From: Thainema sp.
Lineage (GTDB): Bacteria; Cyanobacteriota; Cyanobacteriia; Phormidesmidales; Phormidesmidaceae
NCBI GenBank assembly: GCA_052168235.1
Contig: JBQLZK010000033.1
Location: 36,173-76,557 of the forward strand
DNA length: 40,385 nucleotides
Direction of reading: 5' to 3'
Of this stretch, positions 19,140 to 29,142 are shown piece after piece; the stretch's first letter is position 1; each line of letters opens with the position of its first letter. The position numbers and the translations under genes are program-made. The notes under the pieces were generated by a model that was given only the letters and a program-made list of their open reading frames with translations, was not told where the DNA came from and ran no database searches.

Positions 19140-20306
19140 CTATTTCTGCCGTCGTCCGGTGCCGCCTTCTCGGAGGGCGCGGCGGGCGAGTTTGGAGTAG
19201 GTTTTGACGGTTTCGTAAGAGAGATCCATGTCGGCGGCGATGGTTGGCAGCGATTCACCGAGTTCGCGGCGGGCCAGGACGGTGGCTTGCTTTTCGGCGA
19301 CGGTTTCGGCACGGGTGCCGCCCGTGCGTTTGCGTTGGGACATGAGAATGTCGGTGAGTTCAGCGATCCGCTGGGCCAGGAGCGTTTCAACGGGGTTTTG
19401 GGTAGGCGTGTCGGCTTCATCGAGCCAGCCGAGTTGCGTTTGACCGAGGCCAAAGGTGGTTTTGTGGCCGGTGCCGAAGTAGGGCGCGAGTTGACCGAGC
19501 CGATAGAAGAGATCGACATATCCGCGATCGCTCTTGGCTTTATTGGCCAGACCAAATTGAATGGCTCCCACAAAACCGGTGACGGAGCCGCGCTTTCCGG
19601 CAGCGACTTTCTGGGACTGGAGCTGGTGCCGTTGGATAATTACGTGTTCGTCGATCCAGTCGAGAAAGGCATCTTGTTCAATGGACTGACCGGAAAAGTC
19701 GTTCCAGCGGCGCAGGTAGCTGTGGAAGATATTGCGGGGCCAGGGGAGGGGGAGGTGATGCCCTTTGCGGCGGAAACTGGTGGGCGAGAGGAAGCTCAGG
19801 GTGACGGTCGGTGAAAGGGGGACTTCTCGGGCGATGAATTCTTTGTAGGTTGCGGCAGGGTAGGCGATATCGACCTGCTGGATCGTCAGGGGGGCGTCGT
19901 AGAGTTCGACGCGCTCGGGCAGGACTTTGAGCCAGTCGGCTAAGCCCTGGACGGTGTCTTGGGAGAGGGCGGTGATTGTCCAGTGATACGGTTGCTCGGG
20001 GCGCAGGCGAAACTGGCGGCCTTCGGTGTCGAGTTGGCCGTCTAAGCGGGAGAGGGTAAAGGCTTTTTCGGATTCGCCGTCGTGGAGGTAGGCGGATAGA
20101 GCGGGATTGATGGCCTGGATTTGCTGAAGGAACCAGGCGTGGAGGCCAGTAGCATAGTTGGCCTTGAGGGGATCGGCAGCGACGGGTTGAAGCGTGAAGC
20201 GGAGGCCGATGAGTTCGGTGGCTTTGGGCCACTTGGGGACGGAAACCTGTGGAGCGGATGTTTTTTTGCGGCTGGTGGTGCGGGGCACGATGAGATCGCA
20301 GGGCAA
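19140..20306 (-). CDS. cas6: CRISPR endoribonuclease Cas6 with C-terminal HTH extension
   Basis: LHAWFL, FTLSRL, FLSPTSFRRKG, G-rich loop GTGHKTTFGLG; adjacent to array 1. Start may be GTG about 20288. Confidence 0.92.
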   Translation of the reverse strand: MPCDLIVPRTTSRKKTSAPQVSVPKWPKATELIGLRFTLQPVAADPLKANYATGLHAWFLQQIQAINPALSAYLHDGESEKAFTLSRLDGQLDTEGRQFRLRPEQPYHWTITALSQDTVQGLADWLKVLPERVELYDAPLTIQQVDIAYPAATYKEFIAREVPLSPTVTLSFLSPTSFRRKGHHLPLPWPRNIFHSYLRRWNDFSGQSIEQDAFLDWIDEHVIIQRHQLQSQKVAAGKRGSVTGFVGAIQFGLANKAKSDRGYVDLFYRLGQLAPYFGTGHKTTFGLGQTQLGWLDEADTPTQNPVETLLAQRIAELTDILMSQRKRTGGTRAETVAEKQATVLARRELGESLPTIAADMDLSYETVKTYSKLARRALREGGTGRRQK

Positions 20307-20393
20307 GGTCTGCGGCTAAGGATTATTAGCTCCAAATTTATCGGATTTTGGTGAAGCTGCCTGACTTCTTGAGGGGATTGATACAAGTTGAGA

Positions 20394-21722
20394 TATTCCG
20401 TCCCCTTGCGGGGTAATGGGTTGGAAAGTCTTGGATTGTTGCTGTCACCGGTTGTAATTGCTGCAGAATCAGTTTTCGTCCCCTTGCGGGGTAATGGGAT
20501 TTAAACCCTATTTCCGATGTTCTTTGGGAAGAACTCGAAAAGTTTCCGTCCCCTTGCGGGGTAATGGGATTTAAACCAATACGCCGTTAGTGACAAATGA
20601 GTGTCACGACGTTTCCGTCCCCTTGCGGGGTAATGGGATTTAAACCACTAAGAAATGACCACACGCACATCCCTTATCCGGGTTTCCGTCCCCTTGCGGG
20701 GTAATGGGATTTAAACTTTGGTCCCGTACTGAACTCGAGTGTCGCAGCCGTAAGGTTTCCGTCCCCTTGCGGGGTAATGGGATTTAAACACTTGGATTGG
20801 TCTCAGGCTAACTCATTGACCGTAGGGAGCGTTTCCGTCCCCTTGCGGGGTAATGGGATTTAAACTTCTGGTTTCTTGAGAAATTACAGCCAAACCAAGA
20901 TCGTTTCCGTCCCCTTGCGGGGTAATGGGATTTAAACTTTACAATTAGCATCTATTCCAGCTGATGCTCAAACGTTTCCGTCCCCTTGCGGGGTAATGGG
21001 ATTTAAACAATTGATGGATTATCTTTTTTAAAAGGCATCAAAAAGTTTCCGTCCCCTTGCGGGGTAATGGGATTTAAACCTCCTAATCAGCTCCTTTTAG
21101 TTGATGAGCAAACGTTTCCGTCCCCTTGCGGGGTAATGGGATTTAAACTCTATGGAACTAATGCAGACTTGCAAAAGTTTGCGGAGGTTTCCGTCCCCTT
21201 GCGGGGTAATGAGATTTAAACTATTACTCGACGGAATGCTATCGGATTATTAGCCGGTTTTGTTTCCGTCCCCTTGCGGGGTAATGGGATTTAAACATTT
21301 TACGATATCTATGACCAATACGGAAACCTCGTAGTGTTTCCGTCCCCTTGCGGGGTAATGGGATTTAAACACCTTTCAAAAGGTAGTACTGTTGAGGCAG
21401 AATGGACGTTTCCGTCCCCTTGCGGGGTAATGGGATTTAAACAAGCTATTTTCAAAGCGTGCCCGGTCTGCCGCAAGTTTCCGTCCCCTTGCGGGGTAAT
21501 GGGATTTAAACGAGACTGTAATTTTCACTGATGAAACAATCGCGAAGTTTCCGTCCCCTTGCGGGGTAATGGGATTTAAACCGATATTATGCGTCTTAAG
21601 CGCACGTGGGTATCGTTTCCGTCCCCTTGCGGGGTAATGGGATTTAAACGAATATGACGATAACGGTTGCGGACAAGTAGACGGACAGTTTCCGTCCCCT
21701 TGCGGGGTAATGGGATTTAAAC
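20394..21722 (-). CRISPR. CRISPR array 1: 19 repeats / 18 spacers; repeat (+) GTTTCCGTCCCCTTGCGGGGTAATGGGATTTAAAC
   Basis: 35-bp repeats counted by hand, spacers 33-43 nt; degenerate repeat at the left end and leader on the right indicate minus-strand transcription. Confidence 0.98.
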
Positions 21723-21968
21723 CCCCTCGATCTGGAGCCCTTACGGTACAAGGCTTTCAATACCCCAAATCTGAGGGGGTCAAAATCAAAGCTCAATAAT
21801 TGAGAATAGTGTCAATAAACCCCACTCAAAACAAGGCTCAAACCCTTGCACGGAAGGCAATCTGAGGGGGTCAACGAAGTTATGCGGTTTTCCAGGTTCG
21901 CCCGACCCCCTCAGATTAACAACCCCATTTCAGTCGGTCAAGCGCTCAATGCCAAAGTTTACAATCCC
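21723..21968 (-). promoter_or_regulatory. Leader of array 1 with sigma70-type promoter (TTGACC-17-TAATCT, 21941-21913) and boxA-like motif
   Basis: Near-identical to 26804-27048 and to the deleted copy at 38643-38785; the promoter spacing is kept in leaders 1 and 2. Confidence 0.8.
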
Positions 21969-22061
21969 TTGAGCAGTTTATGCCATTTTTCGTGGATAAA
22001 GACGCAGGGAGGCGGGGGAGCGTGGGGCAAGGGAGCGTCGGGGCAGGGGAGCAGAGGAGCT

Positions 22062-24242
22062 TTACTCCGAACGTAACTGTCGCCACTCGTTTACCACCGA
22101 CATCCCTAGCTGCTCCGCCAGTGCGATCGCACAATCAAAACACACCACCGCATTCTCCCACTCACCCATCGCTCGGTAGAGCATCCCCAAATACTTATAC
22201 GCCGAAGCCTCCAGCCCCTTCGCTTCCTGCGCTTGAATCAACTGTAGTCCCGCTTGCAGATTAGCCAACGCCTCAGCATATTGCCCCAGCTTCGTTTGCG
22301 TTTCCCCCAGATTAATCAGCGTCAACCCCTCACCCCAGCGATCGCAGATCGCTTGAGCAATCGTCAATGCCTGCTGATAGTGGTCAACTGCGATCGCATA
22401 GTCTCCCAGTTCACTGTAGGCATTGGCCAGATTCACCAGCGCCGCTTCTTCCGCCCGTTTCTCACCAATTTGACGTGCGATCGCCAGATCCTGCTGATGA
22501 TACTCAATCGCCTTGGCATACTCCTGCCGCTCATCATAGATATTGCCAATGCTGCCCAGGGCTGTACCTTCACCAGAAAGATCACCCATTTGTCGAGTCA
22601 GCTCCAGGTTTTGCAACAGATAGTCCAACGCGAGATCGGTGTCGCCCAGATGCATGTGGACGTTGCCCAATCCCTGTAGCGCCCGCCCTTCACCTGGCCG
22701 ATCTCCCAGTGCTCTGGCCAGTTCGAGATGCTGTTGGTGATAGTGCAGCGCTGATTGAAACTGGCCGAGTGACAAATAGACAACGCCCAGGTAGCCCAGC
22801 ACATTCGCCTGACCCTGCCGATCTCTCACTTCTGCCGCAATCGCCATCGCCTGCTCGTAACATTGAATTGCTTGCGGCACATCACCCAGCGCGGCATACG
22901 TGTTGCCCAGATTACTCAGCGCCTGCCCTTCCCGATAGCGATCGCAACTGGCTCGCGCAATTGTCAACTGCTGGTTCAATGCCTGCAATGCTTCCTCGTA
23001 GTTGCCCAGGGCATGAGCCACAACGCCCAAATTGCCGCAGGCCAGACCGACGCCAAGCTGATCGCCGATCTCTTGTGCGATCGCACGTTGCTGTCGATAG
23101 CAATCAGCGGCTTTGGGATACTGAGCTGTGACGCTGTAGACGTTGCCCAGATTACCCAGAGCGTGCAGCATACTTTGCCTTTGATCAAGACTTTGGGCGA
23201 TCTGCAAATGGCGTTGATGAAAGGCGAGCGCTTGCTCATACTCTCCGGTGATAAAACAGACGTTGCCCAGTCCGCCGAGGGCGTTGCCTTCACTGAGGCG
23301 GTCGTGCCGATCGTGAGCCAGTTGGCGCTGCTGCTCAAAATAGCGGGCGGCGGCATCATACTCGCCCAGGTTATAGCAAGCGCTGCCTAACCCAGCCAGG
23401 GCATTGCTTTTGCCCTGCTGGTTGTCAATCTGTTCTGCCAGTTGCAGGTGCTGATGATGATAGTCTTTGGCCTGCTCGTACTGACCGAGGGAATGGTGGC
23501 AACTGCCGATATTCCCCAGGGCCGAACCGATCATTTCAATGTCCCCAGTTTCCTGGGCAATGACTAAATGCTGCTGATGATAGTCCAGCGCTTTGGCATA
23601 GTCGCCCTGAGACTCATAGATATTGCCTAAGCTACCAAGGGCAATTCCTTCACCGGGTCGCATACCCGCTTGATGTGCGATCGCAAGCCAGGTTTCTTGA
23701 TACTCGATGGCTTGATCGTAATCTCCCAGGGCATAGTAAACCTCAGCCAGGTTACAGAGCACCATGCCCTGATCGAGGATGTCGCCAGCCTTTTGCAGAA
23801 TGCTGAGGCTGCGCTCCAGGCATTGGCGGGCGTCAAGGTAGTTGCCTTGGGCGTGGTGGGTGGTGCCGAGATAGTGGAGAAATTTGCCGTTTTGGTGCGG
23901 GTCGAGGTGATCAATCAGGGCTTCGTAGAGCTGCATTTGCTCTTGGACGTAGCCCCAGAGCTTGAGGTGATAGTGCAGTGAGGCGTTGGCGGGCGTGTTG
24001 AGCTGAGTGGAAATGAGGCTGATGGCGGGTTGCCATTCTTTCAGATTACAGAGGAGATGGAAGGCTTCAATGTAGCCTTTAACGTGGTCTAGGTTGGTTG
24101 CGGCGGCTGGGGGGCGGTGTTTGGTAAGCCAGTTGATGATGGCTTGGCAGGTAGCACGACGCGATCGCGGTTTTACAACTCGGATTTGATCTGGGTCTAA
24201 GCCAAGCTGGTTTAACGTTGATTGGGGTGGAGGAAGCATCAT
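22062..24242 (-). CDS. Tetratricopeptide-repeat protein (about 15 repeats of 40 aa) with N-terminal helical domain
   Basis: Repeats ALGNLGNVY..LG.Y..A..YHQQ.L.IA...GDR; ATG 24242/24239 preferred over 24296, which overlaps the HEPN gene. Confidence 0.9.
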   Translation of the reverse strand: MMLPPPQSTLNQLGLDPDQIRVVKPRSRRATCQAIINWLTKHRPPAAATNLDHVKGYIEAFHLLCNLKEWQPAISLISTQLNTPANASLHYHLKLWGYVQEQMQLYEALIDHLDPHQNGKFLHYLGTTHHAQGNYLDARQCLERSLSILQKAGDILDQGMVLCNLAEVYYALGDYDQAIEYQETWLAIAHQAGMRPGEGIALGSLGNIYESQGDYAKALDYHQQHLVIAQETGDIEMIGSALGNIGSCHHSLGQYEQAKDYHHQHLQLAEQIDNQQGKSNALAGLGSACYNLGEYDAAARYFEQQRQLAHDRHDRLSEGNALGGLGNVCFITGEYEQALAFHQRHLQIAQSLDQRQSMLHALGNLGNVYSVTAQYPKAADCYRQQRAIAQEIGDQLGVGLACGNLGVVAHALGNYEEALQALNQQLTIARASCDRYREGQALSNLGNTYAALGDVPQAIQCYEQAMAIAAEVRDRQGQANVLGYLGVVYLSLGQFQSALHYHQQHLELARALGDRPGEGRALQGLGNVHMHLGDTDLALDYLLQNLELTRQMGDLSGEGTALGSIGNIYDERQEYAKAIEYHQQDLAIARQIGEKRAEEAALVNLANAYSELGDYAIAVDHYQQALTIAQAICDRWGEGLTLINLGETQTKLGQYAEALANLQAGLQLIQAQEAKGLEASAYKYLGMLYRAMGEWENAVVCFDCAIALAEQLGMSVVNEWRQLRSE

Positions 24243-24261
24243 GAAGGCAGAAAAGGACACA

Positions 24262-24663
24262 CTAACGCGACAGAAGCCGCTGCATTTCTTGGACAAATCC
24301 CGATGTGTCTTGAATCAGTTGTTCGACCTGCTCAGTTTCAAAGGTGTACAAGATTAGATAGTCTGCTGCCTGACGATTCTCAAACGCGCGGTCAAAGACT
24401 TTTCCCCATTGGGGAGCTAACTGTTTAGTTTTGATCAGGTCTCTATGAATGGCACTCCTCAAGCCTGCATGTTTAACAAATTGTTTGCCTTGTTGCAGCA
24501 TGACCGCACTCGCCGCGTAAAAACAGGCATAGTAGGCTCGATTCACGGCAAAGTCTAGCCGATTTGCTTGAAATTCTGACTGAGCAGAATCCAATGCCTG
24601 AGCTGCTTTATGCAGCAGTTGTTCAATAACGACTTCTGGTTCAGGTTGTGATGTTGAATCCAT
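24262..24663 (-). CDS. HEPN-domain protein (toxin partner of MNT)
   Basis: AVNRAYYACFYAA, HAGL, FENRQAADY; its start overlaps the MNT stop. Confidence 0.85.
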   Translation of the reverse strand: MDSTSQPEPEVVIEQLLHKAAQALDSAQSEFQANRLDFAVNRAYYACFYAASAVMLQQGKQFVKHAGLRSAIHRDLIKTKQLAPQWGKVFDRAFENRQAADYLILYTFETEQVEQLIQDTSGFVQEMQRLLSR

Positions 24664-25007
24664 TAGGCAGCTACACCTTCTCGCTCAATTTCTTGGTGAA
24701 TTGGCAGCAGTGTATAGTTGCCTGACATCCATTCCGCATATGAAACGATGAGTGTGCTAAGAACAACATCGTAGGCTAATTCAAGGTCAAAGAGTGCATC
24801 AGTGATGGCGTCGCGTTCTTGCCAGGTGAGGGAACGTTGGGTGAGCACTAATAAGTCGATGTCAGATTCTTGGGTGGCTTTGCCAGTGACTTTTGAACCG
24901 TAGAGAATGACCTGCTGGACAGGAAAGTTTTGATAGAGCAACTGAACCGCTGCTTCGATGGCCAGTCGGTCGTTTTGCGTTAGGGGGAGATCTGCGATCG
25001 CACTCAT
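24663..25007 (-). CDS. Minimal nucleotidyltransferase (MNT) antitoxin
   Basis: ILYGSKVTGKATQESDIDLLV (GS-x10-DxD). Confidence 0.88.
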   Translation of the reverse strand: MSAIADLPLTQNDRLAIEAAVQLLYQNFPVQQVILYGSKVTGKATQESDIDLLVLTQRSLTWQERDAITDALFDLELAYDVVLSTLIVSYAEWMSGNYTLLPIHQEIEREGVAA

Positions 25008-25171
25008 TGAAATCTAAGCCTCTGTCAACAAATGAAATCCTACGCCAACTCGCTAGGTTATGGCGATCGCTCAGATCGCACTCATTGAGATCTAAGCACT
25101 CTGTCAACGGTTTTCAACCAATAATCGTAGCAAATTGCAAGTTATGGGTAGGGGTTAGGTCGTTATTGCTC

Positions 25172-26803
25172 GTTTCCGTCCCCTCGCGGGGTAATGGAAT
25201 TGAAACTTTTTAATTATGCCCAGTTTCTGGGAGCGTGCAAAACGCGTTTCCGTCCCCTCGCGGGGTAATGGAATTGAAACTCTGCCCACTTCGGGAGTTC
25301 GGTGTTACGGCATAAACACCGTTTTCGTCCCCTCGCGGGGTAATGGAATTGAAACCTTTATCGCAGGTTCAGCAACCCTATGACGCAGGCAGGTTTCCGT
25401 CCCCTCGCGGGGTAATGGAATTGAAACGATGCATATTTCCTCTGGTTTGAGGAGACGAAAGTCTCGTTTCCGTCCCCTCGCGGGGTAATGGAATTGAAAC
25501 CTCTAGGACAGCTGACAGGGTACTATATGTACTCAGGTTTCCGTCCCCTCGCGGGGTAATGGAATTGAAACGCTATACAAGAAATCAGAGATGGTGGTTA
25601 TCAGATTGGTGTTTCCGTCCCCTCGCGGGGTAATGGAATTGAAACTTTCAATTTTGATCGCTTTGGTTATCATTTTACCGTTTCCGTCCCCTCGCGGGGT
25701 AATGGAATTGAAACAATCGATGATAAAGAGCCGTCCATGAGTGCCAAAGTTTCCGTCCCCTCGCGGGGTAATGGAATTGAAACAATCGATAGAGAGTTTT
25801 CTCCTGATCTAGATCTGGAGCGTTTCCGTCCCCTCGCGGGGTAATGGAATTGAAACCGGAAGAAGAGTTGTCCAAAGATTCTCATATAATCTATGGTTTC
25901 CGTCCCCTCGCGGGGTAATGGAATTGAAACCGTTGCTCTTTGATCGAGATATTACTGTTGAACAAAAGGTTTCCGTCCCCTCGCGGGGTAATGGAATTGA
26001 AACCATCGCAACGTAGACATGACAAGCTGGACGCCCCATGTTTCCGTCCCCTCGCGGGGTAATGGAATTGAAACACTTCAGACTTTAGGGTATGTATCTA
26101 AAGTTGAAATGGTTTCCGTCCCCTCGCGGGGTAATGGAATTGAAACTAACCAAGATCACTACCGTAAGTCAAATGGCGAGCTGTTTCCGTCCCCTCGCGG
26201 GGTAATGGAATTGAAACACTTCAGACTTTAGGGTATGTATCTAAAGTTGAAATGGTTTCCGTCCCCTCGCGGGGTAATGGAATTGAAACTAACCAAGATC
26301 ACTACCGTAAGTCAAATGGCGAGCTGTTTCCGTCCCCTCGCGGGGTAATGGAATTGAAACCGTAGACATCTACACCACGGATCTAGGTACAGTTGTAGTT
26401 TCCGTCCCCTCGCGGGGTAATGGAATTGAAACAATCGATAGAGAGTTTTCTCCTGATCTAGATCTGGAGCGTTTCCGTCCCCTCGCGGGGTAATGGAATT
26501 GGAAACAAATATTGGGTATTTGTACTATCACCCAAGCGCTTTTGGGTTTCCGTCCCCTCGCGGGGTAATGGAATTGGAAACAAGTCAACCAATTGACGGA
26601 GCAATGATAAGGACGGGAGTGTTTCCGTCCCCTCGCGGGGTAATGGAATTGGAAACCGAGGTATCTGGGCCAGCCTTCAACGGCATGTACCCGTTTCCGT
26701 CCCCTCGCGGGGTAATGGAATTGGAAACCCTTACTCGAAGAACTGTACATGGCTTTCGCTCATACGAGTTTCCGTCCCCTCGCGGGGTAATGGAATTGGA
26801 AAC
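25172..26803 (-). CRISPR. CRISPR array 2: 23 repeats / 22 spacers; repeat (+) GTTTCCGTCCCCTCGCGGGGTAATGGAATTGAAAC, five leader-proximal copies are a 36-bp variant
   Basis: Counted by hand; leader on the right. Confidence 0.98.
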
Positions 26804-27048
26804 CCCCTCGATCTGGAGCCCTTACGGTGTAAGGCTTTCAATACCCCAAATCTGAGGGGGTCGAAATCAAAGCTCGAAATTGAGAATGGTGTCAATAAAC
26901 CCCACTCAAAACAAGGCTCAAACCCTTGCACGGAAGGCAATCTGAGGGGGTCAACGAAGTTATGCGGTTTTCCAGGTTCGCTCGACCCCCTCAGATTAGC
27001 AACCCCAACTGAGTGGGTCAAGCGCTCAATGCTAAAGTTTACAATCCT
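26804..27048 (-). promoter_or_regulatory. Leader of array 2 with promoter TTGACC-17-TAATCT (27021-26993) and boxA-like motif
   Basis: Near-identical to leader 1; its distal end overlaps the last codons of the 27032-27823 gene. Confidence 0.8.
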
Positions 27049-27823
27049 TTCGGCGAATGTAATTCAAAATCTCCCGCACCACTCCACTCTTCCCCCGACA
27101 GGTCAACAACACCACATCCCCCGATAGCGTGCCCAGCTTCTTCAACTGCATAATGCTATCCGTCTGCTGGTGCTTCATATAGCCCGTAATCAACACAATC
27201 AGGTCGCAATCCTGCAACTTTGCCTTAATATTGCTGCGCCCAATGCTGTGCTTACAAAACGGCGGCAACTCCACCCAGCGCGTCAGGCCATACCGCTGGC
27301 GCAAATCTGAAATTGCCCCTCGCCGAGTTGCATCATGGCCCCCGACCAACGCCAGCTTCATCCCCGACAAATCAATCCCGTCCAACTCTGGTCGGCCTTG
27401 ATCGACGGGGATTGTTGTCCGGACATCCAGCCGTGAAGCCGCCCCGACCGACTGAGCAACCCGCGCCTCCTCCGCTACAGGAGCTGACTGGATAGCCCGT
27501 ACAGTTGTCAACAGCTCAAACAGTTCCTCAATCAGGTCTTCCAGTTCCCAAATTTCAAGCTGGAGATCATCCCGCTCCGCTTGGATCTGGTCATAGCGGG
27601 TTTGCCAAGCTTGATTGTCCACCCCCAATTGATCCCGCACCGCCAGCAGTTCGCGATTGAGCACGTTGTACTCTGCTTGCAGAGCCGCCAACTGACGCAT
27701 CAGTCGCTGTTTATCCCGCTGATCTGCACCAGAAATGCCCCTGACTAATCGCCTAATAGATTGACGGATGGCCCGCCGGATAGCGATTAGAATTTGCCCA
27801 GTTCCTTGCCAATCCTGCTTCAT
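27032..27823 (-). CDS. Coiled-coil protein with C-terminal DUF2325-like Rossmannoid domain
   Basis: KLALVGGH...DCDLIVLITGYMKH...RGKSGVVREI; ATGA overlap with the upstream gene. Confidence 0.7.
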   Translation of the reverse strand: MKQDWQGTGQILIAIRRAIRQSIRRLVRGISGADQRDKQRLMRQLAALQAEYNVLNRELLAVRDQLGVDNQAWQTRYDQIQAERDDLQLEIWELEDLIEELFELLTTVRAIQSAPVAEEARVAQSVGAASRLDVRTTIPVDQGRPELDGIDLSGMKLALVGGHDATRRGAISDLRQRYGLTRWVELPPFCKHSIGRSNIKAKLQDCDLIVLITGYMKHQQTDSIMQLKKLGTLSGDVVLLTCRGKSGVVREILNYIRRKDCKL

Positions 27824-28218
27824 CGCAACGCTCCTTCCCCTGGCTTAACCCACACCGCCGCATCTTCAATCAGTCGATCCAACGCGGCAAAAATGATCCG
27901 ATAGCGACCCACTAACGCTTGCCCCACTTCGGGTTTCACATAGCCAAACTCCACGGCAAACTGCACCCAGGTTTGCATCTCCGCCGCTTCCGCTTGAGCA
28001 TCATTGAGCTTCGCCACAAATGCCTTGCCGTAGCGGCGCTTGCCCCAGGCTTCGGCAATGCTGGCGCAAACCGAGCGCGATGCCGTGAGTGCCTGACGCG
28101 TGAGCAGCACTCGCTCTTCAGCCGGAAATTGACGCGAAAGCTGAAAAATCTGCGTCGAACACTTAAACGCCAGTTGATACACCTGAAGTTCTTGATAACT
28201 CTGAATAAAGTCCTGCAT
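27820..28218 (-). CDS. Four-helix-bundle protein (23S rRNA IVP / Avd-like), copy 2
   Basis: SYQELQVYQLAF...FPAEE...LTRQ...ASRSVCASIAEAWGKRRY...FVAKL..A.AEAAEMQTW; AGGAG RBS before ATG 28218. Confidence 0.85.
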   Translation of the reverse strand: MQDFIQSYQELQVYQLAFKCSTQIFQLSRQFPAEERVLLTRQALTASRSVCASIAEAWGKRRYGKAFVAKLNDAQAEAAEMQTWVQFAVEFGYVKPEVGQALVGRYRIIFAALDRLIEDAAVWVKPGEGALR

Positions 28219-28262
28219 CCTGTTCTCCTGCGAACGATAAGGTGAAAGGGATATTGTCCTTG

Positions 28263-28398
28263 CATAGGGGCAAATGGCCATTGCCCTTACTTGAGACATC
28301 AACTGCTTGCTCTCATCCCCCAACCCCTTCTCCCACAGGAGAAGAGGAGCCGGATCGGAAGTCCCTCGCCCTGCGGGAGAGGGATTTAGGGTGAGGGC
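28263..28398. repeat. Cyanobacterial REP-like / small dispersed palindromic repeats
   Basis: Hairpin TAGGGGCAA...TTGCCCTTAC and the CCCCTTCTCCC...GGGAGAGGGATTTAGGGTGAGGG motif between the two four-helix-bundle genes. Confidence 0.45.
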
Positions 28399-28408
28399 AA
28401 TTTCCTGT

Positions 28409-28834
28409 TTACGCCGTCGCAGGCAACGTATCCTCGGGATTCTCCGCCCAAGTGTCTCCCTGTCCCGCCGCCGTTGCCATTAGCTGATCGAGCGCCATTC
28501 CAATCGCACGATAGCGCTCATGCAGGGTCTGTCCCGCATCGGCATCCAGATCGCCCACTGCGATCGCGGTTTCCAGCCAGGTTTGCATTTCGGTTGTAGC
28601 CAGATGAGCCGCGCTCAGCTTGCCGAGCAATGCCACTCGGTTGCGCCGTTGCCCCCAGGCCGCCGCAATCTCAGCCCGTACCGTTCGCGATGTCGCCAAC
28701 AGCTTTTGGGTGAGGGCCATATCAGCCATATCTGGAAACTGTTCAGCCAGGTTATACAGGTCAACCGAGCATTGGAACGCGAGCTGGTAAACCTGGAGGT
28801 CTTGAAAACTGCGAGTCGAAGTCTGCATCATCAT
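28409..28834 (-). CDS. Four-helix-bundle protein (23S rRNA IVP / Avd-like), copy 1, more diverged
   Basis: SFQDLQVYQLAF...LTQKLLATSRTVRAEIAAAWGQRR...TEMQTW; paralogous to 27820-28218; GGAG RBS. Confidence 0.82.
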   Translation of the reverse strand: MMMQTSTRSFQDLQVYQLAFQCSVDLYNLAEQFPDMADMALTQKLLATSRTVRAEIAAAWGQRRNRVALLGKLSAAHLATTEMQTWLETAIAVGDLDADAGQTLHERYRAIGMALDQLMATAAGQGDTWAENPEDTLPATA

Positions 28835-28863
28835 GTCTCCGTTCAAATAGATTCAACAATCGG

Positions 28864-29142
28864 TTAGACAATAAACGTCGCGTCATCCACTTCCCGTGGC
28901 GGTTGTAGCCCCATCACCAGCACCTTTTTGCGGTAGCGAGGCGACAGCGGATAAAAGCGCACTTGGTCTTCATCGGGTCGGATATATCGGTCGAGCTTGC
29001 GCTGCAGCATCGCGTATTGATCGGGGTTCAGCACACACTCAAACACCGACTTTTGTACCCGCATGCCATAGCCTTCTAGGATGTGGGCCACTTTATTGCG
29101 GCGACGATCCAGCACGATGTCGTAGCACACCAGGTAAAACAT
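28864..29142 (-). CDS. cas2: CRISPR-associated Cas2
   Basis: MFYLVCYDI..DRRRNKV...LEGYGMRVQKSVFEC; ATG 29142 overlaps the RT-cas1 stop (TGATG). Confidence 0.95.
   Translation of the reverse strand: MFYLVCYDIVLDRRRNKVAHILEGYGMRVQKSVFECVLNPDQYAMLQRKLDRYIRPDEDQVRFYPLSPRYRKKVLVMGLQPPREVDDATFIV

Noticed and set aside
21799..21816. ATTGAGAATAGTGTCAAT in leaders 1/2/4 as a Fur box
   Set aside because: Imperfect palindrome and absent from leader 3; too weak to call without a motif scan.
22062..24242. Csx29-like TPR-CHAT (Craspase) protease
   Set aside because: The TPR protein has no CHAT domain, and no Cas7-11 is present; the CHAT genes lie on the other side of the mobilisation module.
25812..25821. 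Spacer end GATCTGGAGC matching the leader (self-targeting)
   Set aside because: Only 10 nt, compatible with chance; no full-length spacer match within the window was noticed by eye.
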